Shown here: positions 45,913 through 56,710 of the stretch, one piece after another
Position numbering within the stretch: the first letter of the stretch is position 1
Layout: each line of letters begins with the position of its first letter
Assembly (NCBI GenBank): GCA_965261395.1
Contig: OZ253462.1
Location: 416,001 to 480,000 of the forward strand
Length of the DNA stretch: 64,000 bases
Direction: 5' to 3'
From: Candidatus Latescibacterota bacterium
Lineage (GTDB): Bacteria; Latescibacterota; UBA2968; UBA8231
Translations under genes and position numbers: made by a program
Notes under the pieces: generated by a model
What the model was told of the DNA's origin: nothing
The model's input: the letters and a program-made list of their open reading frames with translations, nothing else
The model's database searches: none

Positions 45913-48442
45913 TCGGTATCTCCTCTAAGTCAGCTTCGGCGAGCGCCCCCAACAGCGACGGCACGCCAAAAAATACTAAGCTCAACGCGGTCGGATGCAT
46001 GGCCACCGCGCCCCGGTAATCTGGGCGGTCGCTCCAGTCCTGCTGGTCAATCAACTCGGCCAACACCGCGCGCGCCACCTCCAGGTAAGCCCGCTCCCCA
46101 GTCAGCCGCCAAGCGTACGCCAGCGAGCTGCAGAGCACGCCGTGGTAGCTTTGCGCGCAGGCAAACTCGGCGTCAAAGACTCCTTTGCCGCCGCAAAACC
46201 AATCGACAGCTCGCACGAAAACCTCGGCCACATCCGCGCGCGCGGTCATCCTGTGTAGCCGCTCCAGCCCGACCATCAAATAGTGCGTCTGATAGCCCTT
46301 TTGCTCCTCGTAGGGCAAAACCCGCTTTAACGAGCCAAAGCTTCCCCCCAGCGCGAGGTATTCTTCGTCGCTAAACGGGGCCGCCGCGCCCATTTCCACC
46401 GCGAGGGTCGTACCCTCGGTGGCCATGCCGTACGGCCCTTGGTCGGGCAGCTTGCCCTCTGTGGATACCTGAAAGCGCTTGTGCCAGCTACCGTCTTCGT
46501 TTTGGCCGCGAGCCACCGCGTCGTACACCTCGTCGGCGCGGCGCATAAAGCGCGCTTCACCGGTCAGCTCGTACAGGTAGAGCAAGCCCCGCAGCACGTT
46601 GCCGATGGAGCGCAAGCTGAAGCTGTAGCGCGGGTCCTCGCTCCAGCGGTAGCGCAGGAAAAATCCCCCGACCTCGTGCAAGACCTCCCGCGCTCGCTCG
46701 TCGCCGCTCAAGTAGTAGTAGTCCACCCAATTGTCGATGAAGGTGTGCGAAGCGCACGGCTCGTCGCCAAAGTGGTCCATGCTGTGGCGAAAACAGCCGC
46801 CGACCATGTAGGGCCGCAACGGGTGATAGTGGCAGGTATCTACGTCCAGCGAGTGCCGGGTCATGGCCTCGCCGAGCGCGTAGTAGCGCCCCTCGCCCGT
46901 GCGCAAGTACTGCAACCACACGGCGTGGCGCGGATCCCATTCGCTGTTGCACCAACCCCAGCGGCCCTTAAAGCGCCAGCCGCCCGCGCTTTCTTCCCAA
47001 GTGGCCATCACGTCGCCCCAATCGAAAAAACCCTTCCAGCGATAGCGCTCAATGTGCCCTTCCATCCAGGCGACAAAACCCGTCAACATGCGGTCGGCGC
47101 GCGGGAACTCCGCGCCGGTTGCCAAGCCGCCGACTGCCCCACTCTGCGCCACCCACTCCGGCGCGACGCTCACCTGCGGCGGGTGCAAAAGGCCCTGCAA
47201 CCGCTCGCCGTCGGCAGCACCAGCGCGAAAAAAGTCAACGAAAAACTCGCTGCTCTTCGCCGTGCCCGTGCCGTCGGCATAGACCCCTTCGCCCTCGTGC
47301 CAAGCCACCTCCTCGGCATAGCGCTTGAAGCTGAGCCGCCGGCCTTCTGGGTCGCGCCAAAAAAAGATGTCGATGCCTTGCGCACCAACGCCGAGGGCCT
47401 TGGGATACTCCTCGGCCATGTAGCGCAGCGCGACGCCGATGCCGACGCGGTCGTTCTCGGCGCAAATCCAGCCACCGGCCTGCTCGCCCTCAGCCCGCAC
47501 GGTGCGCTCAACGCCCTCGTACTCCTCCCAATAGAAGTGATTGTCCAGCCGCTGCGAGAGCAATGCGTAGCGCTCGGAAACCCAAGGCCCCGCCATGACC
47601 CGATCGACCCCGACGCGCCAAGTTCCGCTGCCTTCGGGCAAGATTGGGACGCGCAAGCCCAGTTCCTCCACTTCGGTCTCACGCGGATTGCAGGTAGCGA
47701 TCACCGTGTGCACTACCCGCACCTGCGCCTGGCCGGCATAGGCGTAGATCCGGGTTGCAAAGCGCAGCGGGCGATAGCCGGCGTAGTGGTGCATGGGCGC
47801 GGTTGACTCGTAGGCCCCTCGGCAGCAAATCACCGCCCGCAAGGGGCCGGCCTCTTCGATCTCGACGGCGTATTCCTCCACGCCTGCTGAGGCCAGACAC
47901 GTGCCCCCCATCCCGTAGATGCGCCGCTGCGTTCCTCCGGCGAACTCGGACTCGGAGATCTTGGCCCAAGCGTCGCCGCCGCCCCGAGGTGCAACTTCTA
48001 CCTCGGAGACAAACGACCCCTCGGCTCGCTGCCCTAGCTCTACTCCGTCAAAAAGCGCGAATGCCTTTTTGCCAATGCCAAAGCGCAGGGGTCCGGTACA
48101 CACCTCAAAGCGATCTTCCTGCTCGGCGATTTCCACGCCGCGGACGCTCGCTGCAACTTTTTGGTCCTTTGTGTATTGCAAGGTGTACACGGCCTCTTGT
48201 CCCGCTTCCACATCGGCCTGAAAATCCACCAAGACCCACTTCGCGCTGCCGTCCGGCCAGCGGCTCAAGACCCGTACCTGCACCGGGACATCCCGGCCCT
48301 GCGCGTCCTGCAAAGACAGGTTTTCCACGCCTGCTACGGCACCTTGGGGCAGGGGAACGCCCCTTGTCAGGGGGTACTTGCGGCGGGTAATGCCCGCAGT
48401 CTCTGCTACTTTTAAGGCAATGCCTTCGTCGAGTATGCTCAC
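45905..48442 (-). CDS. Putative polysaccharide lyase/hydrolase (exo-rhamnogalacturonan-lyase-like, alpha/alpha toroid)
   Basis: GVPLPQG, WPDGSAKWV, GFFDWGD, WCNSE, MTRHSLDVD, SHTF; GTG start with AGGAGA RBS. Confidence 0.6.
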   Translation of the reverse strand: MSILDEGIALKVAETAGITRRKYPLTRGVPLPQGAVAGVENLSLQDAQGRDVPVQVRVLSRWPDGSAKWVLVDFQADVEAGQEAVYTLQYTKDQKVAASVRGVEIAEQEDRFEVCTGPLRFGIGKKAFALFDGVELGQRAEGSFVSEVEVAPRGGGDAWAKISESEFAGGTQRRIYGMGGTCLASAGVEEYAVEIEEAGPLRAVICCRGAYESTAPMHHYAGYRPLRFATRIYAYAGQAQVRVVHTVIATCNPRETEVEELGLRVPILPEGSGTWRVGVDRVMAGPWVSERYALLSQRLDNHFYWEEYEGVERTVRAEGEQAGGWICAENDRVGIGVALRYMAEEYPKALGVGAQGIDIFFWRDPEGRRLSFKRYAEEVAWHEGEGVYADGTGTAKSSEFFVDFFRAGAADGERLQGLLHPPQVSVAPEWVAQSGAVGGLATGAEFPRADRMLTGFVAWMEGHIERYRWKGFFDWGDVMATWEESAGGWRFKGRWGWCNSEWDPRHAVWLQYLRTGEGRYYALGEAMTRHSLDVDTCHYHPLRPYMVGGCFRHSMDHFGDEPCASHTFIDNWVDYYYLSGDERAREVLHEVGGFFLRYRWSEDPRYSFSLRSIGNVLRGLLYLYELTGEARFMRRADEVYDAVARGQNEDGSWHKRFQVSTEGKLPDQGPYGMATEGTTLAVEMGAAAPFSDEEYLALGGSFGSLKRVLPYEEQKGYQTHYLMVGLERLHRMTARADVAEVFVRAVDWFCGGKGVFDAEFACAQSYHGVLCSSLAYAWRLTGERAYLEVARAVLAELIDQQDWSDRPDYRGAVAMHPTALSLVFFGVPSLLGALAEADLEEIPNA

Positions 48443-48571
48443 GTGACTTCTCCTTGGCCTCGTCTGTGCGGCGAGGGAAAATAAGCAAGCGACCCACGAC
48501 CCACCAATCCGCATTGACCCACCCCCACGCCCCTCCTATCTTCTCGCTGCCCAAGCAAAAGGAACCGTCCC

Positions 48572-49945
48572 GTGAAACCAGACCAAGACCTGAACGCCCA
48601 AAAGCTCCTTCCAGCAATCCAGCGCTTTTTAGCCCTTACCAGCGTCAAGATCCTCGATCTCGACCGCACCTGGGACCCAAACCACGGCACCCCCGTCTTC
48701 ACCCAGCAGGGGCGTTACACCACCCGAGGCTGGACCGAATGGACCCAAGGCTTCCAATACGGCTGCGCCATACTACAGTACGACATGACCGCCGACGCGC
48801 GCTTTCTCGCGCTCGGCCGCGAGCGCACCATCGCGCACATGGCACCACACGTCTCGCATGTCGGCGTCCACGACCACGGCTTCAACAACCTCTCCACCTA
48901 TGGCAACTTGCGCCGCCTGATGCTCGAAGGCCGCATTCCGCACGATCAGCGCGAGCTAGATTTCTACGAGTTGGCCATCAAGCTGTCGGGTGCCGTGCAA
49001 GCGGCCCGCTGGACCGAGACCGCGTGCGGGACGGGCTTTATCCACTCCTTCAACGGCCCGCATTCGCTCTTTTCCGACACCATGCGCTCGCTGCGCATCT
49101 TGGGGACTGCGCACCAGCTAGGCCACGCGCTGATGGGCGAAGGCGACCAGCGCATCAGCCTGCTCGGCCGCTTGATCGAACACGCCCAGACCAACGCCCG
49201 TTTCAACGTCTATTACGGCGAGGGGCGCGACGCGTTTGACGTGCCCGGTCGCGTGGTCCACGAGTCCATCTTCAACACCCGCGACGGCCAGTACCGCTGC
49301 CCCAGCACCCAGCAGGGCTACACCCCGTTTTCGACTTGGACTCGCGGGCTGTCGTGGGTGCTCGCGGGCTACGCCGAGCAGCTAGAGTATTTCGCCGCGC
49401 TCAGCGAGGCCGACGTCGAGCCTTTCGGCACCAAGGCCGACATCGTGCAAACCATGGAAAAAGCCGCCCTAGCCACCGCTGAATTTCACATCGCCAACAG
49501 CTTTGCCGACGGCGTGCCCTTCTGGGACACCGGCGCACCCGGGGTCGCCTCCTTTGGCGCGATAACCGACAAACCCTCCGACCCGTACAACGACGTCGAG
49601 CCGCTCGACAGCTCGGCCGCGGCCGTCTGCGGCCAAGGGTATTTGCGCTTAGGCAACTACTATTTGTCCAAGGGGGACGCCGCGAGGGGGACGCGCTATC
49701 GCGCCGCGGCTTTCACCATTGCCCGCGCCCTCCTAGAGGAGCCGTACCTCGCCGTCGATCCCCAACACCAAGGCATCACCCTCCACGCGATCTACCACCG
49801 CCCCAATGGCTGGGATTACGTGCCCTCAGGCCGCGCTATCCCGTGCGGCGAGGCGGCCATGTGGGGCGACTACCACGCAATGGAGCTGATGAGCCTGATC
49901 AAACGCGAAGCAGAAAACGCCCCTTATCCCCTCTTCTTCCACTAG
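48572..49945 (+). CDS. GH88-like unsaturated glycuronyl hydrolase
   Basis: WTQGF, HDHGF, DTM, WTRGLSW, DSSAAA, WGDY. Confidence 0.75.
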   Translation: MKPDQDLNAQKLLPAIQRFLALTSVKILDLDRTWDPNHGTPVFTQQGRYTTRGWTEWTQGFQYGCAILQYDMTADARFLALGRERTIAHMAPHVSHVGVHDHGFNNLSTYGNLRRLMLEGRIPHDQRELDFYELAIKLSGAVQAARWTETACGTGFIHSFNGPHSLFSDTMRSLRILGTAHQLGHALMGEGDQRISLLGRLIEHAQTNARFNVYYGEGRDAFDVPGRVVHESIFNTRDGQYRCPSTQQGYTPFSTWTRGLSWVLAGYAEQLEYFAALSEADVEPFGTKADIVQTMEKAALATAEFHIANSFADGVPFWDTGAPGVASFGAITDKPSDPYNDVEPLDSSAAAVCGQGYLRLGNYYLSKGDAARGTRYRAAAFTIARALLEEPYLAVDPQHQGITLHAIYHRPNGWDYVPSGRAIPCGEAAMWGDYHAMELMSLIKREAENAPYPLFFH

Positions 49946-49956
49946 CGAGGCCCGCC

Positions 49957-51102
49957 GTGAAAATCACCGCCATCACCCCGATCATCGCCCGCTTCGGCAA
50001 CCGCCCCCGCGTCTTGGTCAAAGTCGAGACCGACGAGGGCATCACCGGCTGGGGCGAGACCTACTCCATCGGCCCCGACCTAGCCGTCGGCCCAACCGTC
50101 GATTATTGCTTTGAGCTAATCAAAGGCATCGACCCGCGACGGATCGAGTTCATCATGATGAAACTGCACCAGCAGTTTCGCTTCCCCCCAGGCGGGATCG
50201 GCCTGTCGGCCATCTCCGGCATCGATCACGCACTGTGGGATATCTCCGGCAAAGCCGCGGGCGTCCCGGTCTATCAGCTCTTGGGTGGCCACGCGCGCGA
50301 CCGGGTGCGCGTGTACCGCGGGATCGGCGGCCGCGACGGCAAAGAGGCCGCCGACCAAGCCCGGCGTCTGAACGAGGAATACGGCTTCACTGCCTTCAAA
50401 ACCAGCCCCTATCAGCTCGACCCCGACGCCAACCGCTGGGGCCGAGTCTGCGCCGAGGCGACCAAGTATTTTGAAGAATTGCGCGTCAACTGCCCCGACG
50501 ACTGGGAGTTTGCCTTCGACCCGCACGCCAAGATCTTCGAGCCGATTCGCGCCTTGCAGCTAGCCAACGCCCTCGCACCGTACGATCCTTTTTTCTACGA
50601 AGAGCCTATGCGCCCCGAGCACATTCCGGCGTGGACCAGCCTCAAGTCGCAAATGCAGGTGCCGTTGGCCACCGGCGAGAGCCTCTACGCCCGCTTTGAG
50701 TTCCTCAACCTGATGGCCAACCAAGGTGCCGACATCATCCAACCCGACATCTGCGTCTGCGGCGGCCTACTCGAAATGCGCAAGATCAACGCCATTGCCG
50801 AAGCCCACTACATCAGCATCGCTCCGCACAACCCCATGGGGCCGTTGGCGACTGCGGTCAATCTGCACTTCTGCGCCTCGGCACCGAACTTCAAAATTCT
50901 CGAATACATTCTGCCGACCGAGTCCGAGTGGAACGACTGGGTTGACGAGCCCTATCTGCCCAAAGACGGTTATCTCGAATTGCGGCCGGACCGGCCGGGG
51001 CTAGGCGTCGAGATCAACGAAGAAGCCATTGCCGACAACGAATACATCCATTGGGAACGCTCCAGCCCGATGCGTCCCGATGGCTCGACCGGATACATTT
51101 AA
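49957..51102 (+). CDS. Galactonate-dehydratase-like enolase-superfamily enzyme
   Basis: VKVETDEGITGWGE, IDHALWDISGK, FKT, YEEP, TGE, QPD, APHNP. Confidence 0.88.
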   Translation: MKITAITPIIARFGNRPRVLVKVETDEGITGWGETYSIGPDLAVGPTVDYCFELIKGIDPRRIEFIMMKLHQQFRFPPGGIGLSAISGIDHALWDISGKAAGVPVYQLLGGHARDRVRVYRGIGGRDGKEAADQARRLNEEYGFTAFKTSPYQLDPDANRWGRVCAEATKYFEELRVNCPDDWEFAFDPHAKIFEPIRALQLANALAPYDPFFYEEPMRPEHIPAWTSLKSQMQVPLATGESLYARFEFLNLMANQGADIIQPDICVCGGLLEMRKINAIAEAHYISIAPHNPMGPLATAVNLHFCASAPNFKILEYILPTESEWNDWVDEPYLPKDGYLELRPDRPGLGVEINEEAIADNEYIHWERSSPMRPDGSTGYI

Positions 51103-51641
51103 TGCTCAGCCGCGACCACACCGCGCTCGTCCTCATTGACATTCAGGGCAAGCTGGCCTCGCTGATGCACGAGCGCGAGGCGCTCTACCGCCAGCTACAG
51201 ATTCTCGTCAAGGGCGCGCAGGTCTTGGAGCTACCCATTCTATGGCTGGAGCAATATCCCCAAGGGCTTGGCCCCACCATTCCCGAGGTCGCCGACCTGC
51301 TCTCCAGCCAAGAGCCACTGGTCAAGACCTGCTTTAGCGCCTGCGGCCTCAGCGCTTTCCAAACCCAACTGCGCCAGAGCGGCCGACGCCAAATTCTCTT
51401 GGCCGGGATCGAAAGCCACATCTGCGTCTATCAGACTGCCCGCGATTTGTTGGACTCAGGCTACCAAGTCGAAGTCGTCGCCGACGCCGTCGCCTCGCGC
51501 ACCGCCGAGAACAAGGCGTTGGGGCTGCAAAAAATGGCGTCCGCTGGCGCGCAGATCACGGTGGTGGAAATGTGTCTCTTTGAATTGCTACGGGAGGCGG
51601 GGACGGCGGAGTTCAAGCAAATTGCCGCATTGGTCAAGTGA
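51102..51641 (+). CDS. Isochorismatase-family hydrolase
   Basis: LIDIQ, EQYPQGLG.T, KTCFS, GIESHICVYQT; TAATG coupling. Confidence 0.9.
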   Translation: MLSRDHTALVLIDIQGKLASLMHEREALYRQLQILVKGAQVLELPILWLEQYPQGLGPTIPEVADLLSSQEPLVKTCFSACGLSAFQTQLRQSGRRQILLAGIESHICVYQTARDLLDSGYQVEVVADAVASRTAENKALGLQKMASAGAQITVVEMCLFELLREAGTAEFKQIAALVK

Positions 51642-51644
51642 GGA

Positions 51645-51692
51645 GTGTTGTTGCCTCTGAGGAACAGCGTTGTTCCTACAAGGCAACAGCAC
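51645..51692. terminator. Long imperfect hairpin (terminator or REP-like)
   Basis: gtgttgttgcct-ctg-aggaaca-gcgt-tgttcct-aca-aggcaacagcac directly after the stop; no U-tract. Confidence 0.5.
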
Positions 51693-51802
51693 GGCGCATA
51701 CAGCACATACTTCTACCAGAGGGAACGGACGGCTGCCTAAGCGTGGTCTGCTTTTTGCATGTAGGGGGCGAGCGCTTACATTTACCAATGGAGGAACTTC
51801 TG

Positions 51803-52144
51803 GTGACCGAACAGCCGCCCAATCCCGCCCAGCCGACGGAATCTACCCTCGTTCTTGGCTTCCTGCGCGAGGATATTCAGGCCCTGCGCCAAGACGTCCG
51901 TCAAGATATCCGCCAAATACACGAACGCATCGATCAGACCAACGAGCGCATCGACGCCCTGCGTACCGAGGTGGGCGAGCGCATCGACCAGACCGGCGAG
52001 CGCATTAACCAAACCAACGGACGCATCGACGACTTAGCCAAACAACTCGATTCGCGCTATGCGCGACTGATGGCCATGCTCATCGCCTGCACCAGCATCC
52101 TCGTCACAACCATGGGCGCGGCCGTCGCCGTACTCAAGCTCTAG
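51803..52144 (+). CDS. Coiled-coil protein with C-terminal membrane anchor (DUF1640/CCDC90-like), copy 1
   Basis: GGAGGA RBS + GTG 51803; ERIDQT repeats; hydrophobic tail. Confidence 0.7.
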   Translation: MTEQPPNPAQPTESTLVLGFLREDIQALRQDVRQDIRQIHERIDQTNERIDALRTEVGERIDQTGERINQTNGRIDDLAKQLDSRYARLMAMLIACTSILVTTMGAAVAVLKL

Positions 52145-52152
52145 GCCGCATC

Positions 52153-52437
52153 ATGACCGAACAGCCGCCCAATCCCGCCCAGCCTACGGAATCCACCCTC
52201 GTTCTAGGCTTCTTGCGCGAGGATATTCAAAATCTCCGCCAAGACATGCGCCAAGACATGCGCCAAATACACGGGCGCATAGACCAAACCAACGAGCGCA
52301 TCGATCAGACCGGCGGGCGCATCGACGACTTAGCCAAACAGCTCGATTCGCGCTACGCGCGGCTAATGGCCATGCTCATCGCCTGTATCAGCATCCTCAT
52401 CACAACCGTAGGGGCAGCGGTCGCCGTACTCAAGTGA
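52153..52437 (+). CDS. Coiled-coil protein with C-terminal membrane anchor, copy 2
   Basis: Near-identical to copy 1 with fewer repeats. Confidence 0.7.
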   Translation: MTEQPPNPAQPTESTLVLGFLREDIQNLRQDMRQDMRQIHGRIDQTNERIDQTGGRIDDLAKQLDSRYARLMAMLIACISILITTVGAAVAVLK

Positions 52438-52441
52438 CGCC

Positions 52442-53683
52442 CTAAGCTCGCTCCGGGAACCGCTCCCGGTACTCCCGATCAAATTCTTCGCTGCCGTCGT
52501 CGAGCCGCACCGCTAGCTGCATCCCCGGCGAGAAGCCCGTCCGCTTGCCAGCGGTGAAATCGCTGCGGTAACTGCCGTCGGCAGCCCAGAGAACCCGGCC
52601 ATCGGGCCAGCGCACGGCGTGTATTTGGCGCACCGGCGCTTTCGCAAAGTCCGGCTCGACGCGCAGGCGCTCCACAGCCTCCCGGTCCAACTCGACCCCC
52701 AAGCCCGGAGCCTCCGGCACCCGCAGATGCCCGCCCTCCACGGCGAACTCCTGCACCAAAACGTGCGAATAGATGTTGACGCAAGGAATCGCTGGCCAGC
52801 GCGCTTCCTTTAGCACCGCCCCCAAGTGCGCCGCAAAGGTCGCCGTCAGGCCGGTACCCACCATCTGCAACCAAAACGGCATGTGCGCTCGCTCGGCCAA
52901 GTTGCCGTCGCTCAAGACGCGGCGTACCCCACCGCCGATAACAAACCCGTCGCATACGCCCTCGCGGATCGCCGTCATAGGCGGTGGCTGGCCCATGTGC
53001 ATGGCGATTGGGCATTGGATCTTTTGCCGTAGGAGCTTGTTGCCCTCCACGTCGTCCTGCGGAATTGGCGACTCGACGATAGCGAGACAGGCATTGTCTC
53101 GCTCCAAGCGCGCAATGAGCGGGGCGGCTTGGTCAACCCCCAGCAACATGGTGTTGAAATCAGCGTCCAGCTTGAAGTGCTGAGAAGTGGCCTCATCCAC
53201 GGCCTGTAATTGCGCCGCAATATCGTACCAAGGCCGCGCCTTGACCTTCATGGTGGTAAAGCCATGCGCCTCGGCCGCGCGCGCCTCGGCCGCCCACGCT
53301 GCCGGCGGCATACTTTGCGCCCACCAAGAAACCGGACAGGCGTCTCGATGTTGTGGCCCCATTAGCCGGTGGCAGGGAACGTCTAAGTGCTTGCCGGCCG
53401 CGTCGAAAAGCGCCATCTGCAAGCCGGCCCCTAGCGAGTCGTCCCACAGCATTTCGAAAACGTTCCGGCCGCGCACGCGAGCAAACTCCGCTTCGCGCGA
53501 GTGGCCCCACGTATATCCCTGAATCGTCTCGCCGATGCCGACAACGCCGCCCTCGGTCTCTACTTCGATCAACTCGACGATGGACCAACCCGGCCCGTAG
53601 ACTTCCATGGTGTCGGCGCAGCGCTCGTGGAACGGTACGTGTAGCACGGTGCGCACGATGTCTTTAACAACACAAGAACTCAT
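52442..53683 (-). CDS. Mandelate racemase/muconate lactonizing enzyme family protein (paralog of 25938-27188)
   Basis: GIGETI..YTW, ALFDAAGK, KVKARPW, DFN, VESP, PFWLQ. Confidence 0.85.
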   Translation of the reverse strand: MSSCVVKDIVRTVLHVPFHERCADTMEVYGPGWSIVELIEVETEGGVVGIGETIQGYTWGHSREAEFARVRGRNVFEMLWDDSLGAGLQMALFDAAGKHLDVPCHRLMGPQHRDACPVSWWAQSMPPAAWAAEARAAEAHGFTTMKVKARPWYDIAAQLQAVDEATSQHFKLDADFNTMLLGVDQAAPLIARLERDNACLAIVESPIPQDDVEGNKLLRQKIQCPIAMHMGQPPPMTAIREGVCDGFVIGGGVRRVLSDGNLAERAHMPFWLQMVGTGLTATFAAHLGAVLKEARWPAIPCVNIYSHVLVQEFAVEGGHLRVPEAPGLGVELDREAVERLRVEPDFAKAPVRQIHAVRWPDGRVLWAADGSYRSDFTAGKRTGFSPGMQLAVRLDDGSEEFDREYRERFPERA

Positions 53684-53701
53684 CGCATCCCCTCGTAGGC
53701 C

Positions 53702-56377
53702 CTACTCGGCCATCCGCCTGAGTACTGCGTGTAAGATCCCCCCATTGCGGTAGTAGTTGATCTCCACGGGGGTATCTATCCGGCATATCACCGCAAAGCG
53801 CTGCTCGCCCGCAGCGCTTTTGGCCACCACCTCCAACACCTGCCCCGGCTGTAGGTCGTCGTCGAGGCCCTCGACATCGTATATCTCCTCGCCGGTCAGC
53901 CCTAGCGAGTGGCGATCTTCGCCGGGGGAAAATTGCAGCGGCAGAATGCCCATCCCAATCAGGTTCGAGCGGTGGATGCGCTCGTAGCTCTCGGCGATTG
54001 CGGCCTTGACGCCTTGCAGAAAGGGGCCTTTGGCTGCCCAGTCGCGGCTCGAACCCGACCCGTACTCCTTGCCCGCGATAACGATCGAAGGCACGCCTTC
54101 TTCGATGTAGCGCATCGCCGCCTCGTACATGGTCGTCTGCTCGCCCGAAGGCAAGTGGCGCGTCAAGCCCCCCTCGACGCCGGGCACCAGCTCGTTGCGG
54201 ATGCGGATATTGGCAAACGTGCCCCGCATCATCACCTCGTGGTTGCCGCGCCTAGAGCCATAGCTGTTCCAATCCTTGCGCTCAACGCCGCGGTCGGTGA
54301 GATACTCGCCCCCCGGGCTGCCTACGGCGATTGCGCCAGCCGGCGAGATATGGTCGGTCGTCACACTGTCGCCGAGCTTGGCCAAGACGCGCGCGCCTTG
54401 AATCGGCTGGATCAGCAAAACCTCCTTGGTGAGGCCGTCGAAGAAATTCGGCTTGCGAATGTACGTGCTCTCCTCGGCCCAGGCATAGCGCGTACCCTCG
54501 GGCACGGGAATGGCGTTCCAAGTCTCGTTCTGACTGAACGCATTGCCGTATTCTTCCTCGAACATCTTCGGCGTCAGCGAGCGGGCAACCGCGTCGCGGA
54601 TCTGGTCTTGCGAGGGCCAGATGTCGCGCAGGAACACCTCGCGGCCCGCTTGGTCTTGGCCAAGCGGCTCGTGCTCGAAGTCGATCGTCGCCCGGCCCGC
54701 GAGTGCGTAGGCCACGACTAAAGGCGGCGAAGCGAGGAAATTAGCCTTCGTCACCGCGTGTACCCGACCCTCGAAATTGCGGTTGCCGCTGAGCACGCTA
54801 CACACCACTAAGTCGTTGTCAGCCACGGCTGCGGCGATTTCTTCGGGCAGGGGACCCGAGTTGCCGATGCAGGTCGTGCAACCATAGCCGACCGTGTGGA
54901 AGCCGAGGGCTTCTAGGCTCTCGGTGAGGCCGGCCGCGTCGAGGTAGCGGGAGACGACCCGGCTGCCCGGTGCCAAGCTGGTCTTGACGTAGGCCGGAAC
55001 CGCGAGGCCCCGCTCGGCCGCGTTGCGCGCCAACAGCCCCGCCCCCACCATTGCGCTCGGGTTGCTGGTATTCGTGCAGGAGGTAATGGCGGCGATGAGC
55101 ACTGCGCCGTGGTTCAGCTCAACCGCGCCCTGCTCGCCCAATTCGACGGCGACCTTTTTACCGCTGTCCTCCACCTCAAAGCGGTCCACCAGCGAGGCGG
55201 CAAAGGCGGTCGGCACGTCCTTGAGCGCGACCCGATCCTGCGGCCGCGTCGGGCCGGCCAAGCTCGGCTCGACTGTACCCATATCCAGCACCAAGTGCTC
55301 GCTGAAGACAGGATCAGGCACCTCGGCGTGGTAGAACATGCCTTGCGCCTCCATGTACGCGCGGACCCGCTCGACCACCGCCTTCTTGCGCCCGGTGAGC
55401 GCCAAATACGCCAGCGTCTCCTCGTCCACCGGAAAAATGCCCATCGTCGCCCCGTATTCTGGAGCCATGTTGGCGAGGGTCGCCCGGTCGGCCAAGCTCA
55501 ACTCGCTCAAGCCTGGGCCGTAAAATTCGACGAATTTGCCGACCACGCCATGCGCGCGGAGCATCTGCACCACCGTCAGCACCAAGTCCGTAGCCGTCGT
55601 CCCGGTGGGCAATGCGCCCGTCAGTTTGACGCCGACCACTTGCGGCAAAAGCATGTAGATCGGCTGCCCCAACATCACGGCTTCGGCCTCGATGCCGCCC
55701 ACGCCCCAGCCGAGGACGCCGAGGCCGTTGATCATCGTCGTGTGGCTGTCCGTACCCACTAGGCTGTCGGGATAGAATTCGCCGTCCTGCTCCTGCACCA
55801 CCTGGGCCAGATATTCCAAGTTGACCTGATGCACAATGCCGGTGGCCGGCGGCACCACGCGAAAATTGTCGAAGGACTCCTGACCCCAGCGCAAAAACTC
55901 GTAGCGCTCACGGTTGCGCTCGAATTCGCGCGCGGCGTTCATGGCCAGTGCCTCGCGTATGCCGTAGTAATCGACCTGCACCGAATGGTCAATGACCAAG
56001 TCAACGGGAATCAGGGGGTTGACCTTCTCCGGGTCACCGCCCAAATCGGCCACTGCGTCGCGCATCACGGCCAAATCGACTACGGCTGGCACCCCGGTAA
56101 AATCCTGCATCACCACCCGCGCCGGCTTGAAGGGAATCTCTTCCTTGCCCGCGGTCTCGGGACTCCAGCGCGCAATGCGCTCGACGTCCTCGCGGGTAAT
56201 CTCAAACCCATCGCACTGCCTGAGCGCGGCCTCTAGCAGAATTTTGATCGAATAGGGCAGCCGGCTCACCTCGGCTATGCCATCTTCTGCTAGCTTTTGA
56301 ATGCGGTACAGGACGCCGCTACCGCCACTGCATTCCAGCCGGGTGCGCGCCCCGAATTCGTCGTTTCTCTCCGTCAT
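53702..56377 (-). CDS. acnA: Aconitate hydratase A
   Basis: [55 protein letters not shown]. Confidence 0.97.
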   Translation of the reverse strand: MTERNDEFGARTRLECSGGSGVLYRIQKLAEDGIAEVSRLPYSIKILLEAALRQCDGFEITREDVERIARWSPETAGKEEIPFKPARVVMQDFTGVPAVVDLAVMRDAVADLGGDPEKVNPLIPVDLVIDHSVQVDYYGIREALAMNAAREFERNRERYEFLRWGQESFDNFRVVPPATGIVHQVNLEYLAQVVQEQDGEFYPDSLVGTDSHTTMINGLGVLGWGVGGIEAEAVMLGQPIYMLLPQVVGVKLTGALPTGTTATDLVLTVVQMLRAHGVVGKFVEFYGPGLSELSLADRATLANMAPEYGATMGIFPVDEETLAYLALTGRKKAVVERVRAYMEAQGMFYHAEVPDPVFSEHLVLDMGTVEPSLAGPTRPQDRVALKDVPTAFAASLVDRFEVEDSGKKVAVELGEQGAVELNHGAVLIAAITSCTNTSNPSAMVGAGLLARNAAERGLAVPAYVKTSLAPGSRVVSRYLDAAGLTESLEALGFHTVGYGCTTCIGNSGPLPEEIAAAVADNDLVVCSVLSGNRNFEGRVHAVTKANFLASPPLVVAYALAGRATIDFEHEPLGQDQAGREVFLRDIWPSQDQIRDAVARSLTPKMFEEEYGNAFSQNETWNAIPVPEGTRYAWAEESTYIRKPNFFDGLTKEVLLIQPIQGARVLAKLGDSVTTDHISPAGAIAVGSPGGEYLTDRGVERKDWNSYGSRRGNHEVMMRGTFANIRIRNELVPGVEGGLTRHLPSGEQTTMYEAAMRYIEEGVPSIVIAGKEYGSGSSRDWAAKGPFLQGVKAAIAESYERIHRSNLIGMGILPLQFSPGEDRHSLGLTGEEIYDVEGLDDDLQPGQVLEVVAKSAAGEQRFAVICRIDTPVEINYYRNGGILHAVLRRMAE

Positions 56378-56530
56378 GGAAAACCTCTCGCAAATGGGGA
56401 TGGGAGTCGCTTCCGTTACATCGCTTCTGAACTTGTCTAAATAAATAAGCTAAGAAGCATCGTCCAGAATTCCGTTGATGTTTTCAATTTCCGCTACCGA
56501 TGATAAAATTGCCAGAGCATCGCATCGGAT

Positions 56531-56710
56531 TTAATTCACAGATGTTGTGCGTCTCATTTTTACCGTTTGCTGATGCTTTCGCAGCAATTCGGTACGTTCT
56601 TGCCAGAAAGCCAGTTGTTCTTCGATTGTCATATTTGCGATCTGATTATGGACTCGTTCTGCGCCACGGCGTTTCATCTCAACGCAATCAAACGTCTTCT
56701 TCGTTTTCAT
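56531..56710 (-). CDS. Small partner protein of PIN gene (putative antitoxin)
   Basis: MKTKKTFDCVEMKRRG...; overlaps PIN 3' end; AGGAG RBS. Confidence 0.7.
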   Translation of the reverse strand: MKTKKTFDCVEMKRRGAERVHNQIANMTIEEQLAFWQERTELLRKHQQTVKMRRTTSVN

